Positions 55,023 to 64,000 of a stretch of DNA of 64,000 bases are shown here, in pieces. Every line of letters starts with the position of its first letter. Within the stretch, counting starts at the first letter, position 1. A model generated the notes under the pieces. That model was not told the DNA's origin, did no database searches, and saw only the letters and a list, made by a program, of their open reading frames with translations. This DNA is from an uncultured Sphingomonadaceae bacterium (GTDB lineage: Bacteria > Pseudomonadota > Alphaproteobacteria > Sphingomonadales > Sphingomonadaceae): NCBI GenBank assembly GCA_964401045.1, contig CAYNXB010000001.1, positions 2,518 to 66,517 of the forward strand, read 5' to 3'. The position numbers and the translations under genes were made by a program.

Positions 55023-56054
55023 GTGGCTCGTTTCACCCGCAGGAAGCTCATCGGTGTGTTGCTCTGCCTCGCCGCGGCCGGTGTGTTGGTCGGGGGCTGG
55101 ACCTGGGCGCACTCCGGCTCCGCATCGACCGACAATGCCTATGTGCGCGGCGATATCACGTCGCTCGCGGCGAAAGTCGGTGGTTACGTCACCTCGGTCG
55201 AGGTGCGCGATAACCAGCCGGTCAAGGCGGGCGATGTCCTGTTCCGCATCGATGACAGTGACTACCGCGCGCGGCTGGCCCGGGCCGAAGCTGACGTCGC
55301 GGCAGCGCGCGCAAAGGCGGCGACGGTGGCGGCGGAAATCCGCCTGCAACACACGCTGGTGCGGCAAGCCCGGGCGCAGCGCGGCGCGGCGCTGGCGGAC
55401 CTCGGGCTCGCCCGCACGACGAGCGACAGGCGGCTCGAGCTCGTCAACAGCGGCGCCGTAAGCCAAGCCCTTGTCGATGAAAGCCAGGCCGGCAGGATCC
55501 GTGCCGAAGCCGGCGCCTCGGTCTCGGCCACGGCAATCGATGCCCAGCGGCAGCGGGCGGAGGTGCTTGTGGTGGAGCGCGAAGCGGCCCTCGCAGCCGT
55601 GACGCAAGCCGAGGCCGTGCGCGATCTCGCGCGGATCGATCTTGAACACACCGTCGTCCGCGCGCCGATTTCGGGCGTGGTCGGCAATCGCCAAGTTCGG
55701 GTTGGCCGGCTGGTCGCTTCCGGAACCCCTCTGCTCGACATCGTTCCTGTGGCCGACCTGTTCGTGATCGCCAATTTCAAGGAAACCCAGCTCGAGAACA
55801 TCCGCCCCGGCCAGCGAGCGAATGTCAGGGTCGATGGTTTTCCGGACCTCGTGTTCGAAGGGGTCGTCGACAGCATCGCCCCCGGCAGTGGTTCGGTGTT
55901 CAGCCTTCTTCCGTCCGATAACGCCACAGGCAACTTCGTCCGCGTTGTGCAACGCGTGCCGATCAAGATACGCCTCACGCAGAAACCCCTGCCCGCGCGC
56001 CTGGTGCCGGGCCTGTCAGCCACCGTCGAGCTCGACGACCGCAGGCCGTCGTGA
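55023..56054 (+). CDS. HlyD family secretion protein (EmrA-like adaptor)
   Basis: GTG 55023. A TM anchor is followed by TDNAYVRGDITSLAAKVGGYV, a long coiled coil and a C-terminal ...NFVRVVQRVPIKI motif typical of EmrA-type MFPs. Confidence 0.88.
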   Translation: MARFTRRKLIGVLLCLAAAGVLVGGWTWAHSGSASTDNAYVRGDITSLAAKVGGYVTSVEVRDNQPVKAGDVLFRIDDSDYRARLARAEADVAAARAKAATVAAEIRLQHTLVRQARAQRGAALADLGLARTTSDRRLELVNSGAVSQALVDESQAGRIRAEAGASVSATAIDAQRQRAEVLVVEREAALAAVTQAEAVRDLARIDLEHTVVRAPISGVVGNRQVRVGRLVASGTPLLDIVPVADLFVIANFKETQLENIRPGQRANVRVDGFPDLVFEGVVDSIAPGSGSVFSLLPSDNATGNFVRVVQRVPIKIRLTQKPLPARLVPGLSATVELDDRRPS

Positions 56055-57649
56055 CGACGCGGATCGCGGACGAGCGCGGCCTCGACGCATCGGGATGGCT
56101 GCTGGTCGCAGGCATCGTCCTGGCGAGCCTGACCGAGGCACTGGCAGGCACGGTCGTCGCGCTCGGGCGCGGCGACATCATGGGCGACACGCACGCATCG
56201 CTCGATCAGTTCGCCTCGTTCGACGTCAGCTACACGGCGCTCAAACTGGTCGGCTTCGCGCTTTCGCCCTGGCTCCTCACCCGGATCGAACCGCGCAACG
56301 CGCTCGTTGCCTCGACTCTGGCGATGGGTGTCGCCTCCGCTCTCGCGATGGTGACCGCACGGCTCGACGCGCTCAGCGGCCTGCGCGCGCTGCAGGGCCT
56401 TGCGGGCGGCATCGTCCTCGTCACCGGCCAGGCCATCCTGTTCCTGACCTTTCCTCGCCGCCGCCAGCCCCTCCTGCAAGCGCTCTTCGCGATGGGCGCG
56501 GTCGTCGCGCCTGCAACGCTCGCGCCCGCGATGCAGGGCTGGCTGATCGACAACCTGTCATGGACCTGGATCTTCTACGGCATCCTGCCCCTGGCGCTCG
56601 CCGGTGCCGGGCTCGTGATGATCGCCGACCCGCCTCCGATGCCTCCGGTTGTCGCGTGGCGGCTCGACTGGGCGGGGATGGCCCTGCTCGGCTGCGCCAT
56701 GTCCGGCGCCACCTATGTTCTTACCCAGGGGAGCCGCTGGGACTGGTTCGAGGCGGGCCGAATCTTATGGCTGAGCGGTCTTGCGGGTGGGTGTCTCGTC
56801 CTGTTCCTCCTGCACCAGCGCCGCGCCGCGCGACCGGCGCTGTTCGACCTGTCCGTGTTCCGGAACGATGACTTCACGTTTGCCTTTCTTGTAAGCTTCG
56901 TGGCCGGCGCGGCGTTGTTCGGGAGCGCGTTCCTGATACCGTCCTTCGCGGTTTCAGTGCTGGGCTTCACCCCGGCCGCCGCAGGCGGACTGCTGTTGCC
57001 GAGCGGGGCGCTGTTCGCGGGCGCGTTGCTGCTTTCGGCGTTCCTCGTGCAGACCTGCCGCACGCCGCCCCTGGCCAGCGTTCCCTTCGGCATTCTCCTG
57101 ATCATGGCCGCCATGTGGATGCTGTCGGGATCGAACGGGGACAGCGGAGCACCGGACATGATGCCCGCCATCCTCCTGCGGGGCCTCGGCCTCGGGTTCC
57201 TGTTCCTTTCCCTCACGCTGGTCGCGTTCGACCGGCTGCCGCCTGCCAATCTGGCGTCCGGGATCGGCCTCTTCAGCATCGGGAGGCAGCTGGGCGGCCT
57301 CATCGGGGTCGCGGGACTCCAGACGCTCATCGACCATCAGGCCGTCGCCAACCAGGCCGTGCTCGGTGCGGCGCTCAACCCCGGCTCGCCGCTCTTAGCC
57401 GACCGCATCGCTTCGCTGACGGCGATCCTCGTTACACGCGGGATGGATGCTGCCTCGGCGGCGAAGGCCGCGACCGGCATGCTCGGCCGTGCCACCGCGG
57501 GCCAGGCTTCGGTGATCGCATTCGACACCGCATTCAGCGTCGTCGCCCTGCTGTTCGTGTTCGCGGCGCCGGCGCTCATCGGAGTCAAGATCGGCCTTGC
57601 CAGGGCTGCCAGGCGCCGCGGCGCAGCCGACGCGGAGGTAATCTCATGA
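56051..57649 (+). CDS. MFS transporter, DHA2/EmrB family (14 TM)
   Basis: GTG 56051 overlaps the adaptor stop (GTGA). The product is 532 aa with about 14 hydrophobic segments. Confidence 0.85.
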   Translation: MTTRIADERGLDASGWLLVAGIVLASLTEALAGTVVALGRGDIMGDTHASLDQFASFDVSYTALKLVGFALSPWLLTRIEPRNALVASTLAMGVASALAMVTARLDALSGLRALQGLAGGIVLVTGQAILFLTFPRRRQPLLQALFAMGAVVAPATLAPAMQGWLIDNLSWTWIFYGILPLALAGAGLVMIADPPPMPPVVAWRLDWAGMALLGCAMSGATYVLTQGSRWDWFEAGRILWLSGLAGGCLVLFLLHQRRAARPALFDLSVFRNDDFTFAFLVSFVAGAALFGSAFLIPSFAVSVLGFTPAAAGGLLLPSGALFAGALLLSAFLVQTCRTPPLASVPFGILLIMAAMWMLSGSNGDSGAPDMMPAILLRGLGLGFLFLSLTLVAFDRLPPANLASGIGLFSIGRQLGGLIGVAGLQTLIDHQAVANQAVLGAALNPGSPLLADRIASLTAILVTRGMDAASAAKAATGMLGRATAGQASVIAFDTAFSVVALLFVFAAPALIGVKIGLARAARRRGAADAEVIS

Positions 57650-59085
57650 CCGAAAAACAATCGATGCCCGCTGCACGACTGGCGGCCGTGCTGCTGACCA
57701 CGGTCGTGGCCGGGTGCACGGTCGGGCCTGACTATCGACCGCCATCCGCATCGGTGAGCGAGGCCTGGATTGGGCCCGCCGCGAACGGCGAGGTCGACGC
57801 GGCCTGGTGGACGCGGTTCGACGATCCCCTGCTCTCACAGCTGGTTTCGTCTGCCGTGGCCGGCAACAAGGATCTGGCGGAAGCGAGCGCGCGCCTGCGT
57901 GAAGCGCGCGCCGCCCGCGATGCGACGTACGGCCGGGCCGAGCCGCAGGCGGGCGCTTCCGCAGCCGTGACCCGCAACCGCCTGAGCGAGAACGGCCTTC
58001 TGCCGGTCGGCCGCGTTCCAGGCCTCGGTCCGGACCTGTCGCTTTACGACATTGGGTTCGACGCATCGTGGGAGCTCGATCTGTGGGGCGGAACGCGGCG
58101 CGCGATCGAAGGGGCCGATGCGCGCGCGCAAGCGGCCGAGGAAGCGCACCGTGCCGTCGTCATCCAGGTCATCGCGGAGGTCGTGCGGTCCTACATCGCG
58201 CTTCGGTCCGCGCAGGGCCTGCGCGACAACGCGATCGAGAACGCCGAGATACAGACCGCACTTGCCCGCCTGGTCGCCGATCGCGCGCGCGCAGGGAGCG
58301 CCTCGCGCTTCGACGTTGCCCGGGCCGAAGCGCTGGCACGAAGCAGCGCCGCGTCGGTTCCGCGCTTCGAGAGCGATGCGACGGCTGCCGCTTTTCGTAT
58401 CGCCCTTCTGCTCGGCCAGCCTCCCGAAGCCTTGTACGATCGTCTTCGAGCGTCGGGATCACTGCCGCAGCCCGTTGTCGAGGTCGGCGCCGGACTCCGG
58501 TCCGACCTGCTGCGCAGGCGCCCCGACATCCGCCAGGCCGAACGCGAGCTCGCCGCATCGACCGCCGATATCGGGGTCGCCACGGCGGAGCTCTTTCCCC
58601 ATCTCTCCCTACTTGGCGGTAGTGGATTGCAGTCGCGCACACCGGGAGACCTGCTCTCGGCAGACAGTCTGCGATTCCAGTTCGGGCCGTCCCTGCACTG
58701 GCCGATTTTTTCAGGCGGCCGCATCAGGGCCCAGATCCGCGCGGCAGACGCGCGCGCGGACGCGGCGATGGCGCGTTACGAGCGGGCGGTTCTCGCGGCC
58801 CTGTCCGACACCGAAACGGCGCTCAATCAATACGCGTCCGCTGGCGAGGCCAGAGCCGAGCGCGACGCGGCCCGGTCGGCCGCGGCGGAGGCCGTCACCC
58901 TCGCGAGGACCAGGTATCTCGCGGGGGAGGACGACCTCACCGCCCTGCTGCTGGCGCAAGCCGAGTACAACGCCGCCGAGCAACAGAGCATCCAGGCGCT
59001 CGCCACGCAGCTCCAGAACGTGGCGGCGTTGTACAAGGCGCTTGGAGGCGGCTGGGAAGCGGTCGAGGCTTCCACCCCGTCGTAA
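57646..59085 (+). CDS. efflux outer membrane lipoprotein, NodT family
   Basis: ATG 57646 overlaps the MFS stop (ATGA). The lipobox VVAGC is followed by TVGPDYRPP, the NodT hallmark. The upstream part of track ORF 57115.. is rejected. Confidence 0.9.
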   Translation: MTEKQSMPAARLAAVLLTTVVAGCTVGPDYRPPSASVSEAWIGPAANGEVDAAWWTRFDDPLLSQLVSSAVAGNKDLAEASARLREARAARDATYGRAEPQAGASAAVTRNRLSENGLLPVGRVPGLGPDLSLYDIGFDASWELDLWGGTRRAIEGADARAQAAEEAHRAVVIQVIAEVVRSYIALRSAQGLRDNAIENAEIQTALARLVADRARAGSASRFDVARAEALARSSAASVPRFESDATAAAFRIALLLGQPPEALYDRLRASGSLPQPVVEVGAGLRSDLLRRRPDIRQAERELAASTADIGVATAELFPHLSLLGGSGLQSRTPGDLLSADSLRFQFGPSLHWPIFSGGRIRAQIRAADARADAAMARYERAVLAALSDTETALNQYASAGEARAERDAARSAAAEAVTLARTRYLAGEDDLTALLLAQAEYNAAEQQSIQALATQLQNVAALYKALGGGWEAVEASTPS

Positions 59086-59411
59086 GCCGCTGATACTCCG
59101 ACCGGTACCTCCTCCGGCATTCCCGTCCGAGACGTGTCGGCGCTGTGCGATTCGTAGCGCTTGTTCGCCTTCGAAATCGCCGCCGTTGCCACGGCGCTGG
59201 ATCGACAGGTCATCCCGTCATCAGGACCGGGTTCGCGGGCTCCGGCTCAACCTTTCGCCTAGGCGTACGCCCCATCCGGCTAGGGTGCACCAAGCCGATG
59301 GACTGGAGGAGCTGCACGTCGGTCCGATCGATCGCCGTCATGTCGCGCCCTAGAACAGGCAGGCGCCGAAGTGGCCCGCCGCGGGCTGCCGGCGCGCAAA
59401 GGAGACCTGCC

Positions 59412-60233
59412 ATGCCGACGATCAAGACCCATGACGGCCACGAGATCTACTTCAAGGACTGGGGCGAGGGACCGGTGGTGATCTTCTCCCACGGCTGGCC
59501 GCTCAACGCCGACGCGTGGGACCCGCAGCTGCTGTTCCTGGCGCAGAACGGGTTCCGCGTCGTCGCGCACGACCGTCGTGGTCATGGGCGGTCCGCCCAG
59601 ACTTCGAAGCGCAACGACATGGACGGCTATGCCGACGATCTGGCCGCCGTGATCGAGACGCTCGATCTGCGCGATGCTGTGCTGGTCGGTCACTCGACCG
59701 GGGGCGGAGAGGTCGCTCGCTATATCGGCCGCCACGGCACGGGCCGGGTGGCCAAGGCTGTTTTGCTGGCGGCAGTTCCGCCGCTCATGCTCAAGACCGG
59801 CGCGAACCCCGAAGGCCTGCCGATCGAGGTGTTCGACGGCCTGCGTCGCGATCTCGTTGCCGACCGATCGCAGTTCTACAAGACCTTCGCGCAGGCATTC
59901 TACGGCGCGAACCGCCCCGATGCCAACGTCTCGCAAGGCGTGCTCGACCACTTTTGGCTGATGAGCATGCAGGCCGGCCTCAAGAATGCCTACGACAGCA
60001 TCAAGGCCTTCTCCGAGACCGACTTTACCGAGGACCTCCGGAGGTTCGACGTGCCCACGCTCGTGGTTCACGGCGAGGACGATCAGATCGTTCCGATCAA
60101 GGATTCCGCGCACAAGTCCGCCAGGCTCGTCGAGGGTGCGCAGGAGATCTACTATCCGGGTGCCCCGCATGGCCTGACCGCGACCCACGCCGACAAGTTC
60201 AACGCCGACCTGCTCGCGTTCCTGCGCAGTTGA
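59412..60233 (+). CDS. alpha/beta hydrolase (non-heme haloperoxidase / arylesterase family)
   Basis: AAAGGAGACC RBS and ATG 59412. It has [41 protein letters not shown] and HGEDDQIVP...PHGL. Confidence 0.9.
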   Translation: MPTIKTHDGHEIYFKDWGEGPVVIFSHGWPLNADAWDPQLLFLAQNGFRVVAHDRRGHGRSAQTSKRNDMDGYADDLAAVIETLDLRDAVLVGHSTGGGEVARYIGRHGTGRVAKAVLLAAVPPLMLKTGANPEGLPIEVFDGLRRDLVADRSQFYKTFAQAFYGANRPDANVSQGVLDHFWLMSMQAGLKNAYDSIKAFSETDFTEDLRRFDVPTLVVHGEDDQIVPIKDSAHKSARLVEGAQEIYYPGAPHGLTATHADKFNADLLAFLRS

Positions 60234-60240
60234 ACGGTCA

Positions 60241-60263
60241 GGCCCGGCCGGGCAAGCCGGGCC
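60241..60263 (+). terminator. GC-rich hairpin after hydrolase gene (no U-tract)
   Basis: GGCCCGGC-CGGGCAA-GCCGGGCC starts 8 nt after the stop. No T-run follows. Confidence 0.35.
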
Positions 60264-60301
60264 GTGGCACCCGATGCTGCAAGCAATCGAGGGGGCAAAC
60301 A

Positions 60302-60568
60302 ATGAGGAGCATGGCGATGACGCCTGTCGTGGCAGAGCGCGGCGAGTTCGAGCTCGCCCGATTGATCGAGGGACGGGTTCCCGGAAACCCGCAGAGTCGC
60401 ATTTCGGCCGATACGGGTTCGCCGCTCAGGATGATCGATCGGACGGCCTTGGTTGCCGATGCCGGAAACACCGTGTGGGTGGCGCGGCCCCGCAATCTCC
60501 GGTCGCCGGATCGTGGCGATATCGTTGTCGTCGACGATTTCGGTTCCTATCGCCGACCTGAGCGCTGA
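60302..60568 (+). CDS. hypothetical protein (88 aa)
   Basis: GAGGGGG lies upstream of ATG 60302 (alternative ATGs at 60311 and 60317). This is the terminal part of a long spurious track ORF. Coding status is uncertain. Confidence 0.4.
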   Translation: MRSMAMTPVVAERGEFELARLIEGRVPGNPQSRISADTGSPLRMIDRTALVADAGNTVWVARPRNLRSPDRGDIVVVDDFGSYRRPER

Positions 60569-60665
60569 GAGTCACGATGGGGCTCACCCGGTTGCATAGC
60601 GAAATGGCAGACCGGTGCTCGACGCGTTCGGCCCGAGCTTCTCAAACGCTGTGCAAGGCGCCGCG

Positions 60666-61580
60666 ATGAGCCCCGGTCCGATAAAGATTCTCCTGCAGAC
60701 CACGATCGAACCGAGGCAGGATGACTGGGCAGTCTTCAGATTTGGCAGCTTGGCCGCATTGCTTGGCGAGGCCACGGACAGGCATGGGCACCAGCAATAT
60801 CAGGTGGTGATGCGGGACCGGTCCCCGCCGGGAATGGCCGACCCTGTCCTGAGCGCTATCGACCGGAGCAAGTTCGACCAGCTTTGGCTTTTTGCGGTGG
60901 ATACCGGAGACGGGCTAACGCACCAGGAATGCGATGCCATCTCACGCTTTCGGCGCGCGGGTGGGGGGCTCCTCGTCACGCGTGATCACATGGATCTCGG
61001 ATCATCGATTTGCGGCCTGGCCGGGGTCGGCTCGGCTCACTACTTCCATTCGCGAAGCGTTCATCCGGACGCCGCGCTGCGCTGTCGGGACGATACATAT
61101 ACGACCGACATCTCCTGGCCGAATTTTCATTCCGGAGCGAATGGCGACTATCAGATCATTCAGCCGATCGACCCGGTCCATCCGCTCTTGCAGGACGTCG
61201 CCCCGACAAAACGACGCCTGTGCTTTTTGCCCGCCCATCCGCACGAGGGCGGGATACGCTTGCCGGAAGGCGAAGACGCCAGGATCATCGCGGTTGGACA
61301 TAGCAAGGTAACCGGTCGAGAGTTCAATATCGCGGTTGCCTTTGGATGCGGACCGCATGGTGGGCGCGCCGTAGCCCAGAGCACCTTCCACCATTTCGCT
61401 GATTACAACTGGGACATTCGCGCGGGCTGTCCCAGCTTCGTGTCCGAACTCCCGGGCGACAGCTTCAGCCAGAATAGGCAGGCAATCGCCGATACCCGCC
61501 GCTATGTTCTGAACATCGCGGCTTGGCTTGGTCGCCGTCGCACTCCACCGAAGCCGGACAGGGGAGCTGTCTCGCGCTGA
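60666..61580 (+). CDS. hypothetical protein (possibly class-I glutamine amidotransferase-like / ThuA-like fold)
   Basis: ATG 60666 (MSPGPIKILLQTTIEP...); 304 aa. Alternating beta-alpha N-terminal pattern, FDQLWLFAVDTGDGL, RAGGGLLVTRDHMDLG. The family assignment is only a guess. Confidence 0.55.
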   Translation: MSPGPIKILLQTTIEPRQDDWAVFRFGSLAALLGEATDRHGHQQYQVVMRDRSPPGMADPVLSAIDRSKFDQLWLFAVDTGDGLTHQECDAISRFRRAGGGLLVTRDHMDLGSSICGLAGVGSAHYFHSRSVHPDAALRCRDDTYTTDISWPNFHSGANGDYQIIQPIDPVHPLLQDVAPTKRRLCFLPAHPHEGGIRLPEGEDARIIAVGHSKVTGREFNIAVAFGCGPHGGRAVAQSTFHHFADYNWDIRAGCPSFVSELPGDSFSQNRQAIADTRRYVLNIAAWLGRRRTPPKPDRGAVSR

Positions 61581-61856
61581 GCCACTCGTCAGGGCGAACG
61601 GCGGACGCTGAACCTCTACAGCCGGCCCCAGAACGCCCCTGTTCTCAGAGACAACGACATCGACCTCAGCCACATCGAATTGATCTCTCCTGCGACGCCG
61701 GGGTGTCGGTCTGCGTGATCGATGGGCTGCATTCGAACCGCGTCCGTTCGGTGGTCGATCTCGGGGTCAAGCGCTTCGACGTCTTTGCCCGGCTGCAGAG
61801 CGATCTCGCCGAAGCGCAGGGAAAGCTCGCCGAGCGCGAGCCATCGACAAGGGCAA

Positions 61857-61885
61857 GCGCACCCTCATGCGCACCCTCATGCGCA
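61857..61885 (+). repeat. 12-bp tandem repeat GCGCACCCTCAT x2 plus partial third unit
   Basis: GCGCACCCTCAT GCGCACCCTCAT GCGCA is read directly from the sequence, in an apparently non-coding stretch. Confidence 0.7.
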
Positions 61886-61984
61886 GCCGCGGCACGGGTG
61901 AGCCCGAGGCTTGCGCCGAGCTCCGGCCGCCGCCGAGATCGCCGAAGCGATCGTAACCGCGCACGAACTGATGGGGGACGGCAC

Positions 61985-62443
61985 GTGACCGAGAGACTGG
62001 CGGGAAACGGCGACCCGGCGCGGCTCGTCCGGGCGGTTCTGCCATCCGGCGAACGGGTGGAGATCGCCGATCCTGCGCGCGGAGGCCTGCGCGTGGCGGT
62101 GCTCGACGGCGAGCGCCGGCTGGCCGCGGCGCTTTACCTCACGCGCGACGGCTCGCTGCCGGATCGCGAATGGCTGATCGCCCAGCTCGATGCCGTCACG
62201 CCGGCGCCTTCGATCGAACTCATCGCCGGGCATCCGGCGGCGCCGCAGCCGGATCCTGGACCCATCGGCTGCGTCTGCTTCGACGTCGGCCTCAAGACCA
62301 TCGTCGAGGCAATCGAGAACAGCGGCCTGATGAGCGTCGAGGCAGTCGGCCAGGCGCTGTCGGCGGGCACCACTTGCGGTTCATGCAAGCCCGCGATCCG
62401 CCGCCTGATCGGCGCTCACGGCAAGGAAGCGGCGAGCGGCTGA
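61985..62443 (+). CDS. BFD-like [2Fe-2S]-binding domain protein (resembles C-terminal module of assimilatory nitrate/nitrite reductases)
   Basis: GTG 61985, in frame with track ORF 61523..62443. The Cys pattern C-x-C...C-x2-C (GCVCFDVG...TCGSCKPAIRRL) is typical of BFD-like 2Fe-2S domains. The start is uncertain. Confidence 0.55.
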   Translation: MTERLAGNGDPARLVRAVLPSGERVEIADPARGGLRVAVLDGERRLAAALYLTRDGSLPDREWLIAQLDAVTPAPSIELIAGHPAAPQPDPGPIGCVCFDVGLKTIVEAIENSGLMSVEAVGQALSAGTTCGSCKPAIRRLIGAHGKEAASG

Positions 62444-62530
62444 TATTCTTCTGCGGAAATCGCCGCCGGTTCACGCACGATTGGGCCGCTGGCGGTGTAT
62501 GGACGTCTCCCGCACTGCATGGCTGGACCG

Positions 62531-63334
62531 ATGGACGCTCAACTTCTGGTCATCTGCCTGCTGACCGCAGGCATCAATCTGATCGGCACGCTGGCCTATG
62601 CCGCGCGCATCGCAGGCATTCGCACGCGGCGGATCGCGATGAGCTTCGCGTTGTTCAACATCCTGGTGCTGGTCTCGCGCACCGCCAACGGCTTCCTCGG
62701 CCCATTCCTCGCCAAGCGGATAGAGACCCGGCTGTCGGACGGCGGGGGCGATGCGCTGCTTGGCGATTTCCGGCTGGTGCTGGTCGCCGCCGCGATCGCG
62801 GTGGCGATCGGGATCGTGCTGGTGCCGACCGCGCAGCGGCTGTTCGTGGTCGCAATCGGATACTTCCAGCGCCATCGCTCGACCGGGAAGATGATCCTGC
62901 GCACAGCCACTCCGGCCGGGCTGCGCACGATCCGCAGCGCCACCGCGCTGCCGCAAGGCGGCCAGTTGCGTGAGCTGCTGAAGCCGCGCGGCGTGGGCTG
63001 GGGCGTGCTGCTGGCGAACTGCCTGGCGCAGGCGTTGATCACCGTCGGTGTGCTTGCCTCGCTCTACGCCGGCTACCTCAATCCCGAGTTCCGCGTCACC
63101 GCGTCGCAGCTTTCGGCGGTGATCAACGGCTTTGCCACGATCCTGCTGTTCGCGCTGATCGACCCGCAATTGTCGGTGATGACCGACGACGTGGTCGAAG
63201 GGCGGGTGTCTGAGCCGTTATTCCGGCGCACGATCGTGTGGATCTCGATCAGTCGCCTGGCCGGCACGCTGCTGGCGCAGGCGCTGCTGTTGCCGGGGGC
63301 GCTGGCAGTCGCGTGGATCGCCAACTTCGTCTGA
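62531..63334 (+). CDS. DUF2837 / lipid II flippase Amj-like membrane protein
   Basis: ATG 62531 (MDAQLLVICLLTAGINLIGTLAYAARIAGIRTRRIAMSFALFNILVLVSRTAN), as I recall for Amj family N-termini; about 6 TM helices. Confidence 0.55.
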   Translation: MDAQLLVICLLTAGINLIGTLAYAARIAGIRTRRIAMSFALFNILVLVSRTANGFLGPFLAKRIETRLSDGGGDALLGDFRLVLVAAAIAVAIGIVLVPTAQRLFVVAIGYFQRHRSTGKMILRTATPAGLRTIRSATALPQGGQLRELLKPRGVGWGVLLANCLAQALITVGVLASLYAGYLNPEFRVTASQLSAVINGFATILLFALIDPQLSVMTDDVVEGRVSEPLFRRTIVWISISRLAGTLLAQALLLPGALAVAWIANFV

Positions 63335-63769
63335 CTATTGGGCGAGGCGGTAGGTGAGGGTGCCCGAGGCGAGCGTCACGTCGAGGTAGTAGGCCGCGCC
63401 GCTTTCGCCGTCCTCGGCCACCGGCTCGCACGCGTTGCCCGTGAATGCAGCCCACGGCAGGCCGCCGGAAGTGAGCGGCAGCTTGGTTGTCCCGCCATCG
63501 ATCGAGCGCTGGACGGTGACCGTGCCGGTCCAGGTGCCCGAGAGCGAGAGCCAGATCGCGCGTCCTGGGGCCGGATCGAACGGGCCGACCACCCCGCTGG
63601 CCGAAAGCGACCCCGTGATCGGCGTGCTGGTCTCGGGCGCGGCCGGCGCAACCGTTACCGGCAGCGGATTTGCGGCGTCGACCACCAGGCCGTTGCCCTC
63701 GCCATCGGCAAAGGCGACGGCGAACGGCGGATAGTAAGCGGCGGGGGCGTGGATAGGCAGGTCTGACAT
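63335..63769 (-). CDS. hypothetical protein (144 aa, Gly/Ala/Thr/Pro-rich, predicted beta-rich)
   Basis: ATG 63769, in frame with track ORF 63335..63997. It is preceded by an unusually AT-rich 68-nt spacer. No family was recognised. Confidence 0.5.
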   Translation of the reverse strand: MSDLPIHAPAAYYPPFAVAFADGEGNGLVVDAANPLPVTVAPAAPETSTPITGSLSASGVVGPFDPAPGRAIWLSLSGTWTGTVTVQRSIDGGTTKLPLTSGGLPWAAFTGNACEPVAEDGESGAAYYLDVTLASGTLTYRLAQ

Positions 63770-63837
63770 GGTGCGATTCCCGATTCGATTGGTACGAACC
63801 AGAAAATAACCAAATAGGTTAGTGTAGGAAAGTTGAT

Positions 63838-64000
63838 TTACCGATTTGAGATAAAGTCGTCGGCCTGATCGACGAACCGGGAAAGAATTGCGCCCCTGCT
63901 CCAGCGCTGCTCGGCCCGCTCGCGCGCGGCCTTGCCGAGAGCCCGGCGGCGCGGTTCGTCGTCGATCAGAGTCTCGATCGCAACCGCCACTCCCCACGCG
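63838..64000 (-). CDS. glycosyltransferase (GT4-like) C-terminal fragment, 5' end outside window
   Basis: The reverse frame starting at 63999 reads AWGVAVAIETLIDDEPRRRALGKAARERAEQRWSRGAILSRFVDQADDFISNR* (stop at 63838-63840). This is a typical GT-B glycosyltransferase tail. It is in a different frame from the track ORF. Confidence 0.5.
   Translation of the reverse strand, partial: AWGVAVAIETLIDDEPRRRALGKAARERAEQRWSRGAILSRFVDQADDFISNR

Noticed and set aside
59210-59425. Reverse ORF (71 aa) whose [16 protein letters not shown] start vaguely recalls an Lrp/AsnC N-terminus, upstream of the haloperoxidase-type gene.
   Set aside because: The similarity is limited to about 10 residues, the remainder is Arg/Pro-rich, no HTH continuation is present, and it overlaps the hydrolase start region.
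61857-61885. The 12-bp tandem repeat considered as a CRISPR or minisatellite feature.
   Set aside because: There are only about 2.4 contiguous units with no spacers, so it is not a CRISPR array. It is reported merely as a short tandem repeat.

Overview
High-GC alphaproteobacterial chromosome segment. The protein repertoire looks sphingomonad-like, but the taxon is an inference. Gene calls rest on the supplied ORF track, motif recognition by eye, start-codon/RBS inspection and frame checks; no database search was run.

Layout:
- nt 1-12.1 kb is housekeeping: the 3' part of a formate dehydrogenase operon (fdhF-fdsD-fdhD), a DivK-like receiver, metX-GNAT-metW, hisC-tyrC, a CPBP protease, plsC, a ydcF-like gene, ftsEX and a zinc-ribbon protein. 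It ends at tRNA-Leu(GAG) (12174-12260) and its terminator.
- Directly after the tRNA comes a MacAB/HlyD-type ABC exporter.
- A ~23 kb block (15.5-38.6 kb) reads like a low-oxygen/dormancy regulon. It holds heme-PAS FixL plus FixJ, a second FixJ paralog and two orphan receivers. It also holds three universal stress proteins, a P-type ATPase, two Zn-alcohol dehydrogenases (one frameshifted), a cytochrome c'-like lipoprotein, a cupin, a flavodoxin-like quinone reductase, a triple-BON protein and a Pat-like GNAT.
- The same block carries a tightly coupled operon of an archaeal-type 'thymidine/AMP phosphorylase', a Prs-like phosphoribosyl enzyme and a beta-CASP MBL RNase.
- 40-46 kb is a LysR/GlxA-flanked cluster of SDR paralogs.
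- 46.7-52.7 kb carries two more His-kinase modules.
- 54.3-59.1 kb is a TetR-controlled EmrAB-OMP efflux operon.
- 59.4-64 kb holds hydrolase, hypothetical, BFD-like, Amj-like and glycosyltransferase genes.

Most noteworthy observations:
1. An 18-bp non-palindromic box (TCCGGATATnTRCGKARY) occurs 12 times, always intergenic and always on the + strand, only inside the 15.7-36 kb block. It usually ends 47-85 nt upstream of a start codon.
2. The phosphorylase/Prs-like/beta-CASP operon may form an RNA-to-ribose-phosphate salvage unit.
3. The block shows decay and duplication: an ATPase N-terminal remnant, a frameshifted ADH and a duplicated USP with its promoter.

No integrase, transposase, CRISPR array, rRNA or recognisable phage/defence module was seen.
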